From Chitinophagales bacterium (lineage in GTDB: Bacteria; Bacteroidota; Bacteroidia; Chitinophagales; Chitinophagaceae): 64,000 bases of DNA. Position numbers and translations under genes: made by a program. This document shows, in pieces, positions 38,315-47,647 of the stretch. The notes under the pieces are model-generated. The model did not search any database. It worked only from the letters and a program-made list of their open reading frames with translations, and was not told the DNA's origin. Numbering within the stretch: the first letter of the stretch is position 1; each line of letters starts with the position of its first letter. The stretch lies in assembly GCA_038222655.1 (NCBI GenBank), contig JBBRHM010000001.1:3350-67349 (forward strand), written 5' to 3'.

Positions 38315-39883
38315 ATGCAGTTATTGAAAACAGGCAAAAATTTAGTTTTGCTTCTTGCAGTGGCAGGTACTGTGGCATCTTGCAGTGCTTTGAAAAAAAA
38401 GCATGATAAATCCACCGCTACCGGTTGGAATTACAATGATAAAGATCAGGGCAATTTTACCGTTGCCAAACCGAAAGACATACAAACTGCTCCCGGTCTT
38501 GTTTTTGTGCAGGGTGGTACTTTTACCATGGGCGCTACACAGGAAGACGTGATGGGCGACTGGAACAATATACCCAGGCGTGTTACCGTAAACTCATTCT
38601 TTATTGATAAAACGGAAGTAGCCAACGTTCACTACCGCGAATACCTGTATTGGCTGGAGAATGTATTTGGCCAGGCAGGAATGGACTCCGTGGTTGATCA
38701 GGCAAAACCTGATACACTGGTTTGGAGAAGTGAACTTGCTTTTAATGAGCCCTACGTTGAATATTATTTCCGTCACCCTTCTTATAACTATTACCCAGTA
38801 GTGGGCGTAAGCTGGCAACAGGCCAATGAATATTGTATCTGGCGCACGGACCGTGTAAATGAACTGGCCCTGATCAGCAAAGGTTTTCTCGATAAAAAAA
38901 GCCAGATCAAAAAAGAAATTAACGGTGGCGGACAGGATAATTTTAACAGCAAAGCTTACCTGATGGGTGAATACCAAGCTACACCGGGCAAACAGGCAAC
39001 TTCCAAAAGCAATCCTTTAAAAGATGCTCAGGGAAAACCCCGCACCACGGTGAAATTTGAAGATGGTATTTTATTTGGCGATTACCGTTTGCCAACAGAA
39101 GCAGAATGGGAATATGCTGCGTATGGTTACATTATGCAGAACCCCCAGAAGAAAGTAAACGGTTCTAAAAATCGTGGGGAAGAAGTGATCTCCAACAAAC
39201 AGATTTACGCCTGGAAAAATGATGGTTTTGATAATATCCGCTACACCAAAAAAAGCGCTTTTCAGGGTGCTATGTTAGCCAACTTTAAACGCGGCGCCGG
39301 TGATAATATGGGTGTGGCCGGAGGACTTAATGATAATGCTGCTATTCCTGCTGAAGTAACTTCTTTTATACCCAATGGGTTTGGTTTGTATAATATGAGT
39401 GGTAATGTTAGTGAGTGGGTACAGGATGTTTACAGACCTGTGACCAATATTGGTGATGATGATTTTAACCCCTTCCGCGGTAATGTTTTCAAGAAAGTTG
39501 ACATGAGCGGTGGCGCTGGTAATCTTAGAGATGATAAGGGCCGTATTAAAATGATACCGGAATCAGATTCTGCCTTGCGCAACAGAAGAAATTACCAGAA
39601 GTCTTATGCTGTCAATTATCTGGACGGAGATTCATCCAGCACTGCTTTATACAATTATGGTACTACAACTCTGATCTCCGATAAATCAAGGGTATATAAG
39701 GGCGGAAGCTGGAACGACAGGGCATACTGGTTAAGTCCGGGCACTCGCCGTTACCTCGAAGAAGACCTTAGCACCAACACTTTGGGCTTCCGTTGCGCCA
39801 TGACTCATTATGGGGCGCCGGAAACTACTTCGCGCAAAGGAAAAACAGGAACATTCTTTCCGCAACGTCGAAATAAAAGATAA
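38315..39883 (+). CDS. gldJ: Gliding motility lipoprotein GldJ (FGE-sulfatase fold)
   Basis: Lipobox VASC, PGLVFVQGGTFTMG, YPVVGVSW, RLPTEAEWEYAA, MSGNVSEW, GFRCAM; divergent from porU, upstream of murF. Confidence 0.92.
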   Translation: MQLLKTGKNLVLLLAVAGTVASCSALKKKHDKSTATGWNYNDKDQGNFTVAKPKDIQTAPGLVFVQGGTFTMGATQEDVMGDWNNIPRRVTVNSFFIDKTEVANVHYREYLYWLENVFGQAGMDSVVDQAKPDTLVWRSELAFNEPYVEYYFRHPSYNYYPVVGVSWQQANEYCIWRTDRVNELALISKGFLDKKSQIKKEINGGGQDNFNSKAYLMGEYQATPGKQATSKSNPLKDAQGKPRTTVKFEDGILFGDYRLPTEAEWEYAAYGYIMQNPQKKVNGSKNRGEEVISNKQIYAWKNDGFDNIRYTKKSAFQGAMLANFKRGAGDNMGVAGGLNDNAAIPAEVTSFIPNGFGLYNMSGNVSEWVQDVYRPVTNIGDDDFNPFRGNVFKKVDMSGGAGNLRDDKGRIKMIPESDSALRNRRNYQKSYAVNYLDGDSSSTALYNYGTTTLISDKSRVYKGGSWNDRAYWLSPGTRRYLEEDLSTNTLGFRCAMTHYGAPETTSRKGKTGTFFPQRRNKR

Positions 39884-39951
39884 TCACTGATTACTAGGAC
39901 TGAAATATTTTCCCTGAAGGGAATAAAAGATAAGGAAAAGGTAGATACAGC

Positions 39952-39984
39952 AAAAGAGCCATCCTCCAGTAGGGTGGTTTTTTT
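39952..39984 (+). terminator. Rho-independent terminator of gldJ
   Basis: AGCCATCCT-ccagt-AGGGTGGTT stem (with GU pairs) followed by a T run. Confidence 0.7.
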
Positions 39985-40014
39985 ATGCAAGCAACTGGTT
40001 CATTTCTGAGCTTT

Positions 40015-40154
40015 AGAAGCTGCTTGAGGTATTAATATTTTAAACCCATTGCCACAGATACACAGATTAGACACAGAAAAAATCTGTGAAAATCTGTGCA
40101 TCTGTGGCTAAAAATGCTTCATAACTAACTTTATATAAAACTCAACCAGCTTCT
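40015..40154. repeat. Nested inverted-repeat element (MITE/REP-like)
   Basis: Outer AGAAGCTGCTTGAG (40015-40028) / CTCAACCAGCTTCT (40141-40154), 13/14 match; inner GCCACAGATACACAGATT (40051-40068) / AATCTGTGCATCTGTGGC (40091-40108), 17/18 match. Confidence 0.65.
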
Positions 40155-40270
40155 TAATCTTTACAGTGGGATTGTTGTCTTTCTATTGCAAGAAGATTAA
40201 TCCTATTTACTTCTCATTCCAAATGCACACACTACAGAAAGATTAAATAAGTTTACCAAAATAATCAGCT

Positions 40271-41551
40271 GTGACCATCCCGGAACTATATCAATTATTT
40301 CTACAACATCCCTCAGTACAAACAGATACCCGTAAATTAAAAAGCGGCGATATCTTTTTTGCATTGAGTGGCCCAAATTTTAATGGCAATGCATTTGCAG
40401 AGCAGGCATTGGGTATGGGCGCGTCATATTGTATCGTGGATGAAGAAATCAACGCAAATGATTCACGCATCGTTAAAGTGCCGGATACCTTACTGGCTTT
40501 GCAGGAGTTGGCCAAATATCATCGTGAACAGTTCACTGTTCCCTTTATCGCCATAACAGGAAGTAATGGCAAGACCACCAGTAAAGAACTGGTGTATGCT
40601 GTGCTCTCATCACATTACCGGACATACACCACACAGGGCAACCTGAATAATCATATTGGTGTACCGCTTACCTTGTTAAGCGTTAAGAAAGATGCAGAAG
40701 TGGCGGTGATAGAAATGGGCGCCAATCACCAGAAAGAAATTGAAAGCTATTGCCGCTATACACAACCCACCCATGGCCTCATCACAAACTGCGGAAAGGC
40801 ACACCTCGAAGGTTTTGGCGGTGAAGAAGGCGTAAAGAAAGGAAAAGGTGAACTCTTTGATTTTTTGCGTACACATAAGGGTACCGCTTTTGTATATACT
40901 GATTATGATTACCTGCGCGAAATGAGTATGGGCATTTCGAAAATCGTGAAGTATGGATCATCTGAGGGAGAGGTGCAGGGAAATATTTTGTCTTCCGAAC
41001 CATTCCTCGAAGTAATTATCAATAAAGGATTACAGGAGATTGGTTCTATCCAGACACAATTGGTGGGAGATTATAATCTTCCGAATATTTTATGTGCGGT
41101 GGCCATAGGAAAATATTTTCAGGTACCGGATGAAAAAATAAAAGAAGCTATTGAAAAGTATGTTCCGTCTAACAGCCGTTCACAACTGCTGAAACAGGGT
41201 ACCAATACTTTCATACTCGATGCTTACAATGCCAACCCAACCAGTATGAAAGCGGCCATTGAAAATTTCGCCCGTTTACATGCTGTAAAAAAAGTGTTGA
41301 TGCTGGGCGGCATGATGGAACTGGGTGAAGAAAGTCTGGAAGAACACCGCGCAATGATTGACCTGATTAAAAAATATACCTGGACAGGTGTTGTTTTGGT
41401 AGGGGGTGATTTTACCCATATAGATCATGGCTTCACCTTTTTTTCCAGTTCGGACGAAGCCGGCGAATGGTTCAGACAAAATAAGTTTGAACAAACTTAT
41501 TTTCTTATCAAAGGTTCCCGCGGAATACAGATGGAAAAAATACTTGGGTGA
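40271..41551 (+). CDS. murF: UDP-MurNAc-tripeptide--D-Ala-D-Ala ligase
   Basis: TDTRK, ITGSNGKTTSK, NNHIGVP, IEMGANH, DAYNANPTS, GGMMELG, KGSRG. Confidence 0.95.
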   Translation: MTIPELYQLFLQHPSVQTDTRKLKSGDIFFALSGPNFNGNAFAEQALGMGASYCIVDEEINANDSRIVKVPDTLLALQELAKYHREQFTVPFIAITGSNGKTTSKELVYAVLSSHYRTYTTQGNLNNHIGVPLTLLSVKKDAEVAVIEMGANHQKEIESYCRYTQPTHGLITNCGKAHLEGFGGEEGVKKGKGELFDFLRTHKGTAFVYTDYDYLREMSMGISKIVKYGSSEGEVQGNILSSEPFLEVIINKGLQEIGSIQTQLVGDYNLPNILCAVAIGKYFQVPDEKIKEAIEKYVPSNSRSQLLKQGTNTFILDAYNANPTSMKAAIENFARLHAVKKVLMLGGMMELGEESLEEHRAMIDLIKKYTWTGVVLVGGDFTHIDHGFTFFSSSDEAGEWFRQNKFEQTYFLIKGSRGIQMEKILG

Positions 41552-41625
41552 TTTTGGGAAGGAGATTGTGACTTCTGTTTAGAGTCCCCTCGGAGCTACT
41601 ACTAAGAAAAATGTGGGACCTCTAT

Positions 41626-41674
41626 TTACTTTCTTTGTCTTGATACAAAGAAAGTAACAAAGAAAAATCAAGGC
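41626..41674. repeat. Palindromic intergenic element with pseudoknot potential
   Basis: Perfect 13-bp stem TTACTTTCTTTGT/ACAAAGAAAGTAA; loop CTTGAT is complementary to ATCAAG at 41667-41672. Confidence 0.6.
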
Positions 41675-41814
41675 ATACACGATCGCTCCGCGCGTTTTTC
41701 CAAGCCTGCACACACTTTTCTTTCTTTATATTGAATGGTGCTATTTTGATGTTTAGAATTTAATATTTTCTCTTCCCGTCTCCACAAAAGCAACAGTGCG
41801 CTCCACAAACAAAA

Positions 41815-42324
41815 ATGATGAACCGAATTGATGGAGTAACTTTACGCCACTTAACCTTTTACCTGATGCCGCAAATTATGAAAAACAGAAATTATATATG
41901 GAGCGTTTTAACCAGCCGTTGTCCGAGATGCAGGGAGGGCAAGGTTTTTCTGATTGACGGTGCTTATAAAAAAAACAGCCTTAAAATGCATGATCAATGC
42001 CCGGTATGTGCGCAGCCTACTGAAATAGAAGTGGGCTTTTATTACGGTACAGGCTATGTGAGTTATGCATTAAGTATCGCTTTACTGGTAGCCACTTTCA
42101 TCGCATGGAAAATAATTATTGGCGTAACCTTTTCTATAGATGATAACCGGATATTTTACTGGATGGGTTGTGCTTTTATATTATTGTTTCTAATGCAACC
42201 CATACTCATGCGCTTATCACGTGTACTCTGGTTAAGCTGGTTTGTAAGTTATGATCCTGATTGGAAAAATCATCCTATCGAAAGACAGGAAAGAGTGAAT
42301 AAAGAACAGCAGCATAATTGGTGA
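41815..42324 (+). CDS. DUF983-like membrane protein
   Basis: CPRC...CPVC, GFYYGTGYVSY, two TM helices; true start probably ATG 41866 or 41878. Confidence 0.75.
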   Translation: MMNRIDGVTLRHLTFYLMPQIMKNRNYIWSVLTSRCPRCREGKVFLIDGAYKKNSLKMHDQCPVCAQPTEIEVGFYYGTGYVSYALSIALLVATFIAWKIIIGVTFSIDDNRIFYWMGCAFILLFLMQPILMRLSRVLWLSWFVSYDPDWKNHPIERQERVNKEQQHNW

Positions 42325-42366
42325 ATCGTGAATTGAAAGCTGAAAATTTACCATTACCCATCCACC

Positions 42367-42405
42367 AAAAAGGAAAGGTTCGCAATGCGAACCTTTCCTT
42401 TTTTT
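42367..42405. terminator. Bidirectional intrinsic terminator
   Basis: Perfect 17-bp stem AAAAAGGAAAGGTTCGC-aat-GCGAACCTTTCCTTTTT between convergent genes. Confidence 0.9.
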
Positions 42406-42423
42406 ATGCTACATATTTTGTTA

Positions 42424-45400
42424 TCAGAAATTAAATTTGATACCCACCTGTCCCTGCCAACGTGAGTTGATAGGATCCACAGTGTAGTATTGATTAGTAA
42501 GACCTGTTGGCTTATTAAATGTAAACGCCGGATTATAACCGGAACTTGGCTTTCCAACCGGAACAATACCCGTAGGATTAGAGGCCGTGATCAACGAAGC
42601 TTTTGTATTGGAAGGATCCGCAGCAAAAGACAATAAGTTAACCGTGTAGTTATTGACATTCGTTACAAACGTGATATGTCCCCAGTCATTGTTGATAAGG
42701 TTTAATACATTGAATACATCCAGACTAATCTGCAGGCTCTGCATCTTGTTGGTTTTACTCAGCTTGAACTCATGCATTAATTTCAGATCCAATTCATGGT
42801 TCCATGGTGTATGTAAACCATTTCTTTCTGCATACTGTCCCCTTCTTGTACTCAGATATTTATCGCCTGAGAGTAAAGTATTCAGGTCATTCCATTGTTG
42901 TGAAGCAGTATACACCTGGCCACTTTTTACAACATCCACCAGTTTAATATCGTTCTGATCCTTTGGAATATAAGGCAGGTTAGCATTAGCGCCATTGCCG
43001 AAAGGATTTCCTCCGGAAGAATACACCACTGTATAAGGGCTGCCCGATTGACCTGAATAAAAGAAACTAAGTGAAGTAGCATTTGTTTGATTCCAGATAA
43101 GATTGGTGCTGAACGTACCCACTATGCGGTTACGCAGGTCGAAATTGGAATAGGATAATTGTGCACTGTTTGGAGTGATGGCCGGATTCACTTCGTAGTT
43201 AGACTGGAAGGAGTTACGGATACCATTGCTGATATCTTTACTCACACCATAGGTATACGCCAAACTCCAGTTAAGGTTCAAAGTATGTTTACCCATCGCG
43301 ATATTATTGGTCGCTTTACTTAACTGTGCGGTAAGGTTGTAGCGGTATCCTTCGCTCGTATTGGTTAAGAAATAAGCATTGGAATATTGAGCATATAATT
43401 TACCTCCGGTATATACAGGGGTTTGTGTTGGACCGGTTGTATAATATTCAGTCTGGTCCTTCAAATTAATCTGCTGGAACTTCACATCATGTATCGTTTT
43501 TGTATACAACGCATCCAATGTTAATTTATATCCTTTACCGAATTTAAAATCTACCGCTGCACTTGAGCGCCAGATTGTAGGCAGTTTAAAATTATTATCA
43601 ATAATATCAACCTCTCTTGTATTGCTGGCAGATACACCACCATATTTAGAAACCGTGTCTTTCAGGTTCAAGGGATTGATAGCAAGGGGAACTACTGTTC
43701 CACTGGCCGGTCTGTAATCAATATTACCATACACACTGCCGTTAAGTGTATACGCATATCCTAACCAGGCAAAAGGCATCCTTCCTACAAATACACCTGT
43801 ACCACCGCGTAATACAATTGACTGATCACCATTAATATCCCAGTTAAAACCGATACGGGGAGATAAGGTTGCTTTACCCAGCCATTTATTGTTAAGCTGT
43901 GAAAAAGAAGTATTGGAAAATGTAGGACTGGAAGAATTATTATCAGGCACACTGTTTAAGGCAGGATCCGTAGAAGGTTGCTCACCAATGGCTGAATAAT
44001 CAATACGCAAACCCGGTGTTACTTTAAAGGTAGGACTTACCGTAATCTCATCCTGTGCATAAGCACTTAACAAAGCCACTGTAAATGGATTGGGCGGATT
44101 GTTATACAGAGCAGTTCTGTCGTTTGGATATTTTGGATCGGTTGTAAATGCACCACGGATACGGCTCGGCTTATCATTCAGGAAATTATTTACGTTCGAA
44201 TATTCCCAACGGCCATTCCATGAGTTGATAAACCCATACGTAAGATGGTAAAACTCGTTATGCGTACCAAAAGTAAATTTATTAATACCGCTGGTTAACG
44301 TAACATTATCGCTTAGCTCAAAAGTTTTTTGCTTCATGTTATAGATAGAAGCTTCTCTCCAGGTACCTGCCCAGATAGCGCCGCTACCAATATCCATAAA
44401 AGGCGAAAGAACACCAGGAAAATCCCTGTATTCATGAACATTGATATAACTCGCATTAAACTGATTACTCAGGTTATTGCTGAATTTTGTTTTCAACTCT
44501 GCTACCAGATTCAGATTTTTGGTGTGCTGGGTAAAATCAGTTGAAGAAAACTGGAAATTGCTGCTGGAACGTTCTATATTATTACCCACACCATTTGTAT
44601 AGATAGCTCGCAGGGTTAAAGAGTTTTTATTATTAAGGTTAAAGTCAAGACGGGCAAAAAGTTTATCGCTGTTAGTATACAATTTATAAGCATCATACGA
44701 ACCTACATCATACCCATACTTATTTTTTAACTGGTTCTGTATAGCCTGCGCATCAGCGATGGTTATAGCAGCTCCCGGATCGCCTGCATTGAGGAAGGTA
44801 GGTTCCTGTCGGCGGGTTTGCTCATAGTTAACAATAAAAAAGGCTTTATTTTTTGCTATCGGTCCGCTAATAGTAGCACCATATTGATAATCATGAAAAG
44901 CGGATCCTATTTTAGTTTTCAATCCATCTACACTTTTTCCAACCAAACTCTGGTTACGTCCATAACTATATACAGAGCCATGAAAAATGTTACCGCCGCT
45001 TTTGGTTACTGCGTTCACGCTGCCTCCCGTAAAATTACCCAGCTTTACATCATACGGAGCCAATTGAACCTGCACTTCCTGTATCACATCCAGACTGTAA
45101 GGGTTGGTACGGGTACCCGCACCGGCTGCACCACTCTGGCCTCCACCACTGATACCACCAGCTGAATTACTGAATCCTATCGCATCATTATTAATAGCAC
45201 CATCGATGGTAAGGTTATTATAACGGAAATTGGTTCCGGCAAAAGAGTTGTTATTTGATTGAGGGGTTAACCTTGTAAAATCTGATAAACTTCTGCCTAA
45301 TGTTGGCAAAGTGGCTAACTGCCTGGATCCAATGGTTGTTGATCCTACGATTTGTTTTCTGCCGGCTGTGGTTACCGTTACCTCAGTTAATACAGTTGCA

Positions 45401-45738
45401 GAACTGATAAGGTTAACAGTCATATCAGGGTTAGATCCTAATCCCAGATTTACATCATTGAAAACTTCATCTTTATACCCAACAAATGAAACCTTAACCG
45501 TATAGGGTCCGCCTGCTTTCAGGTTAGGAATTACAAAGATACCTTTACTGTTTGTCTGGGTGGTTGTTACAAACCCCGTAGGTTCGTGTTTCACCGTAAT
45601 GGTGGCACCGTTTACAAAAGCGCCTTTGCTTTCTTTTACGTGACCATTAAAAGTTGCAGATGTTTCCTGCGCAAATGTGGTTGCAGATAAGAAAAATAAT
45701 ACTATACATGGTATAGCTGCAAGCATCTTCTTAAACAT
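42424..45738 (-). CDS. Oar-like TonB-dependent outer-membrane receptor with carboxypeptidase-regulatory N-domain
   Basis: Signal peptide, G.V.....V.GATI, FRYNNLTIDG, PYDVKLGNFTGG.VNAVTKSG, C-terminal GQVGIKFNF. Confidence 0.85.
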   Translation of the reverse strand: MFKKMLAAIPCIVLFFLSATTFAQETSATFNGHVKESKGAFVNGATITVKHEPTGFVTTTQTNSKGIFVIPNLKAGGPYTVKVSFVGYKDEVFNDVNLGLGSNPDMTVNLISSATVLTEVTVTTAGRKQIVGSTTIGSRQLATLPTLGRSLSDFTRLTPQSNNNSFAGTNFRYNNLTIDGAINNDAIGFSNSAGGISGGGQSGAAGAGTRTNPYSLDVIQEVQVQLAPYDVKLGNFTGGSVNAVTKSGGNIFHGSVYSYGRNQSLVGKSVDGLKTKIGSAFHDYQYGATISGPIAKNKAFFIVNYEQTRRQEPTFLNAGDPGAAITIADAQAIQNQLKNKYGYDVGSYDAYKLYTNSDKLFARLDFNLNNKNSLTLRAIYTNGVGNNIERSSSNFQFSSTDFTQHTKNLNLVAELKTKFSNNLSNQFNASYINVHEYRDFPGVLSPFMDIGSGAIWAGTWREASIYNMKQKTFELSDNVTLTSGINKFTFGTHNEFYHLTYGFINSWNGRWEYSNVNNFLNDKPSRIRGAFTTDPKYPNDRTALYNNPPNPFTVALLSAYAQDEITVSPTFKVTPGLRIDYSAIGEQPSTDPALNSVPDNNSSSPTFSNTSFSQLNNKWLGKATLSPRIGFNWDINGDQSIVLRGGTGVFVGRMPFAWLGYAYTLNGSVYGNIDYRPASGTVVPLAINPLNLKDTVSKYGGVSASNTREVDIIDNNFKLPTIWRSSAAVDFKFGKGYKLTLDALYTKTIHDVKFQQINLKDQTEYYTTGPTQTPVYTGGKLYAQYSNAYFLTNTSEGYRYNLTAQLSKATNNIAMGKHTLNLNWSLAYTYGVSKDISNGIRNSFQSNYEVNPAITPNSAQLSYSNFDLRNRIVGTFSTNLIWNQTNATSLSFFYSGQSGSPYTVVYSSGGNPFGNGANANLPYIPKDQNDIKLVDVVKSGQVYTASQQWNDLNTLLSGDKYLSTRRGQYAERNGLHTPWNHELDLKLMHEFKLSKTNKMQSLQISLDVFNVLNLINNDWGHITFVTNVNNYTVNLLSFAADPSNTKASLITASNPTGIVPVGKPSSGYNPAFTFNKPTGLTNQYYTVDPINSRWQGQVGIKFNF

Positions 45739-45760
45739 AAATTCTGTTTTTATTATTGCG

Positions 45761-45817
45761 CAAAGTTGCTTTCCCTATGTTACCGCAATGTTACCACGAG
45801 GTTACCTCAGTGTTAAC
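45761..45817 (-). promoter_or_regulatory. Promoter (-7 CAACTTTG) with four 11-bp-period direct repeats (G[G/T]TAAC)
   Basis: Plus-strand GTTACC at 45779, 45790, 45801 and GTTAAC at 45812; -7-like box at 45761-45768. Confidence 0.6.
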
Positions 45818-45876
45818 AAAGGATTTTTTGATTGAGCCATCCTGCGTTATCTTGTGTTAAATATTCCCCTTCCGTC

Positions 45877-46590
45877 ATGGAAACGCATCATCACCATCAT
45901 CATACGCATACGGAAGAGCATTTAACGAGTTCGGAAATACTGAAAGATGTAGTTATCGGTATGGCTGATGGCCTAACCGTTCCTTTTGCATTGGCAGCGG
46001 GCTTAAGCGGCGCGGTAAAAGATGTGCACCTGATTGTGATTGCCGGTATCGCCGAAATTGCTGCGGGTTCTATTGCCATGGGACTGGGCGGCTACCTGGC
46101 CGGTAAAACAGAACTTGATCATTATAACAGCGAGCTGAAAAGGGAATATGATGAAATTGAACATTTGCCCGAAGTGGAAAAAGAAGAGGTAAGGGAATTT
46201 TTTGCAGGATTGGGCCTGAGCCCCGATGTACAAAAACAGGCCGTGGAAGAACTGATTAAGGATAAAGACCGGTGGGCCGATTTTATGATGAAGCATGAGC
46301 TGGGACTGGAAAAGCCCGATCCAAAAAGAGCAAGGAAAAGTGCTTTTAATATTGGTGCTTCTTATATTGTAGGTGGTTTGATACCCCTTAGTCCTTATTT
46401 TTTTGTAAAGGATGGTATTAGCGGATTAGAGATATCCGCCGTGATAACTTTATTATGCCTGATGGTATTTGGTTATTTCAAAAGTAAACTTACCGGAACA
46501 CCTCCATGGGAAGGTGCCTTAAAAGTGGCTTTTATCGGCGCAATGGCCGCAGGCTTCGCATTCTGGATTGCCAAACTGATAGGCAGCTAA
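45877..46590 (+). CDS. VIT1/CCC1-family Fe/Mn transporter
   Basis: DVVIGMADGL, AG.IAMGLGGYL, P...A.....SYIVGGLIPL; start ATG 45877 with an N-terminal His6 run. Confidence 0.9.
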   Translation: METHHHHHHTHTEEHLTSSEILKDVVIGMADGLTVPFALAAGLSGAVKDVHLIVIAGIAEIAAGSIAMGLGGYLAGKTELDHYNSELKREYDEIEHLPEVEKEEVREFFAGLGLSPDVQKQAVEELIKDKDRWADFMMKHELGLEKPDPKRARKSAFNIGASYIVGGLIPLSPYFFVKDGISGLEISAVITLLCLMVFGYFKSKLTGTPPWEGALKVAFIGAMAAGFAFWIAKLIGS

Positions 46591-46599
46591 ACCCTTTTA

Positions 46600-46842
46600 C
46601 TACAACAATTCTTGCCTTGTCTGAAGGATGGCCTGTGCGGCTGCGCAAATCTCATAATCCTCGGTAGGTAAAGCTATTTGCTGGCATATCCATCGCAAAG
46701 TGGCAGAATCCTGTTCGCTTAAGGCGTCCATAATTTCCGATTGGGTTTTACCCCGCAGGGCCTCACGTATTTTATCAAATGTTTCCAGCATTTCTGCATT
46801 TGAATTTCCAAATGATTTATTGTATTCTTCCTGAAAATCCAT
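46600..46842 (-). CDS. Small hypothetical protein (80 aa, acidic, helical)
   Basis: Clean ATG ORF converging on VIT1; no motif recognised. Confidence 0.55.
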   Translation of the reverse strand: MDFQEEYNKSFGNSNAEMLETFDKIREALRGKTQSEIMDALSEQDSATLRWICQQIALPTEDYEICAAAQAILQTRQELL

Positions 46843-47005
46843 GACGTCGGTTTAAATAATGGCAGGCTTACTTCTTTACTTATTGAAAGTAAGATAAATA
46901 AAGCCAGAAAGAAGATTTTGTGCATTGCCCAATGCAAAAATAGAAAATCATACGACAACCTGCAACAGCTCTATAAACTGAACGTTGTTATTGTATCTTT
47001 AACCC

Positions 47006-47566
47006 ATGCAGTTGTATATAAAAAATATGGTTTGCCCCAGATGTATTGCTTCAGTAAAACACATACTGAAGGAGTCAGGCGTTACCTATTCATCTGTTCA
47101 TTTGGGAGAGGTAAAAACGGAAACTGACCCAACAGAAAAGCAGTTAGGATTATTACAAACAAAATTATTAGCTGCAGGGTTTGAATTACTGGATGATACA
47201 AGGAAGCGACTCATCGAAAAAATAAAAACCATCATAATTGAACAGGTACATTATGATGCAGATACTAAAAAGCAAAAACTATCAGAGGTACTTTCATCGA
47301 GTCTCCGCAAAGATTATTCTTTTCTAAGTAACCTTTTTTCGGATGTGGAAGGCATTACTATTGAAAAGTATCTTATTCAACAGAAAATAGAAAGGGCCAA
47401 AGAATTAATAGTCTACAATGAACTCACTGTAAGCGAAATTGCCTTTCAACTGGGCTATACAAGCGTTTCGCATCTTTCTGCACAGTTTAAATCGGTAACC
47501 GGTCTTACGCCCACCCATTTTAAGAAGGTTGGTAATGCACATCGTAAAACACTCGATAGCATCTGA
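47006..47566 (+). CDS. AraC-family regulator with N-terminal HMA-like CxxC domain
   Basis: KNMVCPRC; C-terminal IERAKELI...SEIAFQLGYTSVSHLSAQFKSVTGLTP. Confidence 0.9.
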   Translation: MQLYIKNMVCPRCIASVKHILKESGVTYSSVHLGEVKTETDPTEKQLGLLQTKLLAAGFELLDDTRKRLIEKIKTIIIEQVHYDADTKKQKLSEVLSSSLRKDYSFLSNLFSDVEGITIEKYLIQQKIERAKELIVYNELTVSEIAFQLGYTSVSHLSAQFKSVTGLTPTHFKKVGNAHRKTLDSI

Positions 47567-47569
47567 ACC

Positions 47570-47631
47570 ATAATTCTATAACAGGTTTCCACAATTGTAT
47601 AACAGCCCCCAAAGCTGGACAGGTACCTTTG
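47570..47631 (+). promoter_or_regulatory. Tandem 21-bp-spaced direct repeat plus -7 box TACCTTTG (candidate AraC site)
   Basis: ATAATTCTATAACAG at 47570 and ACAATTGTATAACAG at 47591; TACCTTTG at 47624-47631. Confidence 0.7.
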
Positions 47632-47647
47632 TAAAATAAAAAATAGT

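Noticed and set aside
33332-41551. porV-porU / gldJ-murF block as a novel system
   Set aside because: Well-known conserved T9SS and gliding synteny in Bacteroidota.
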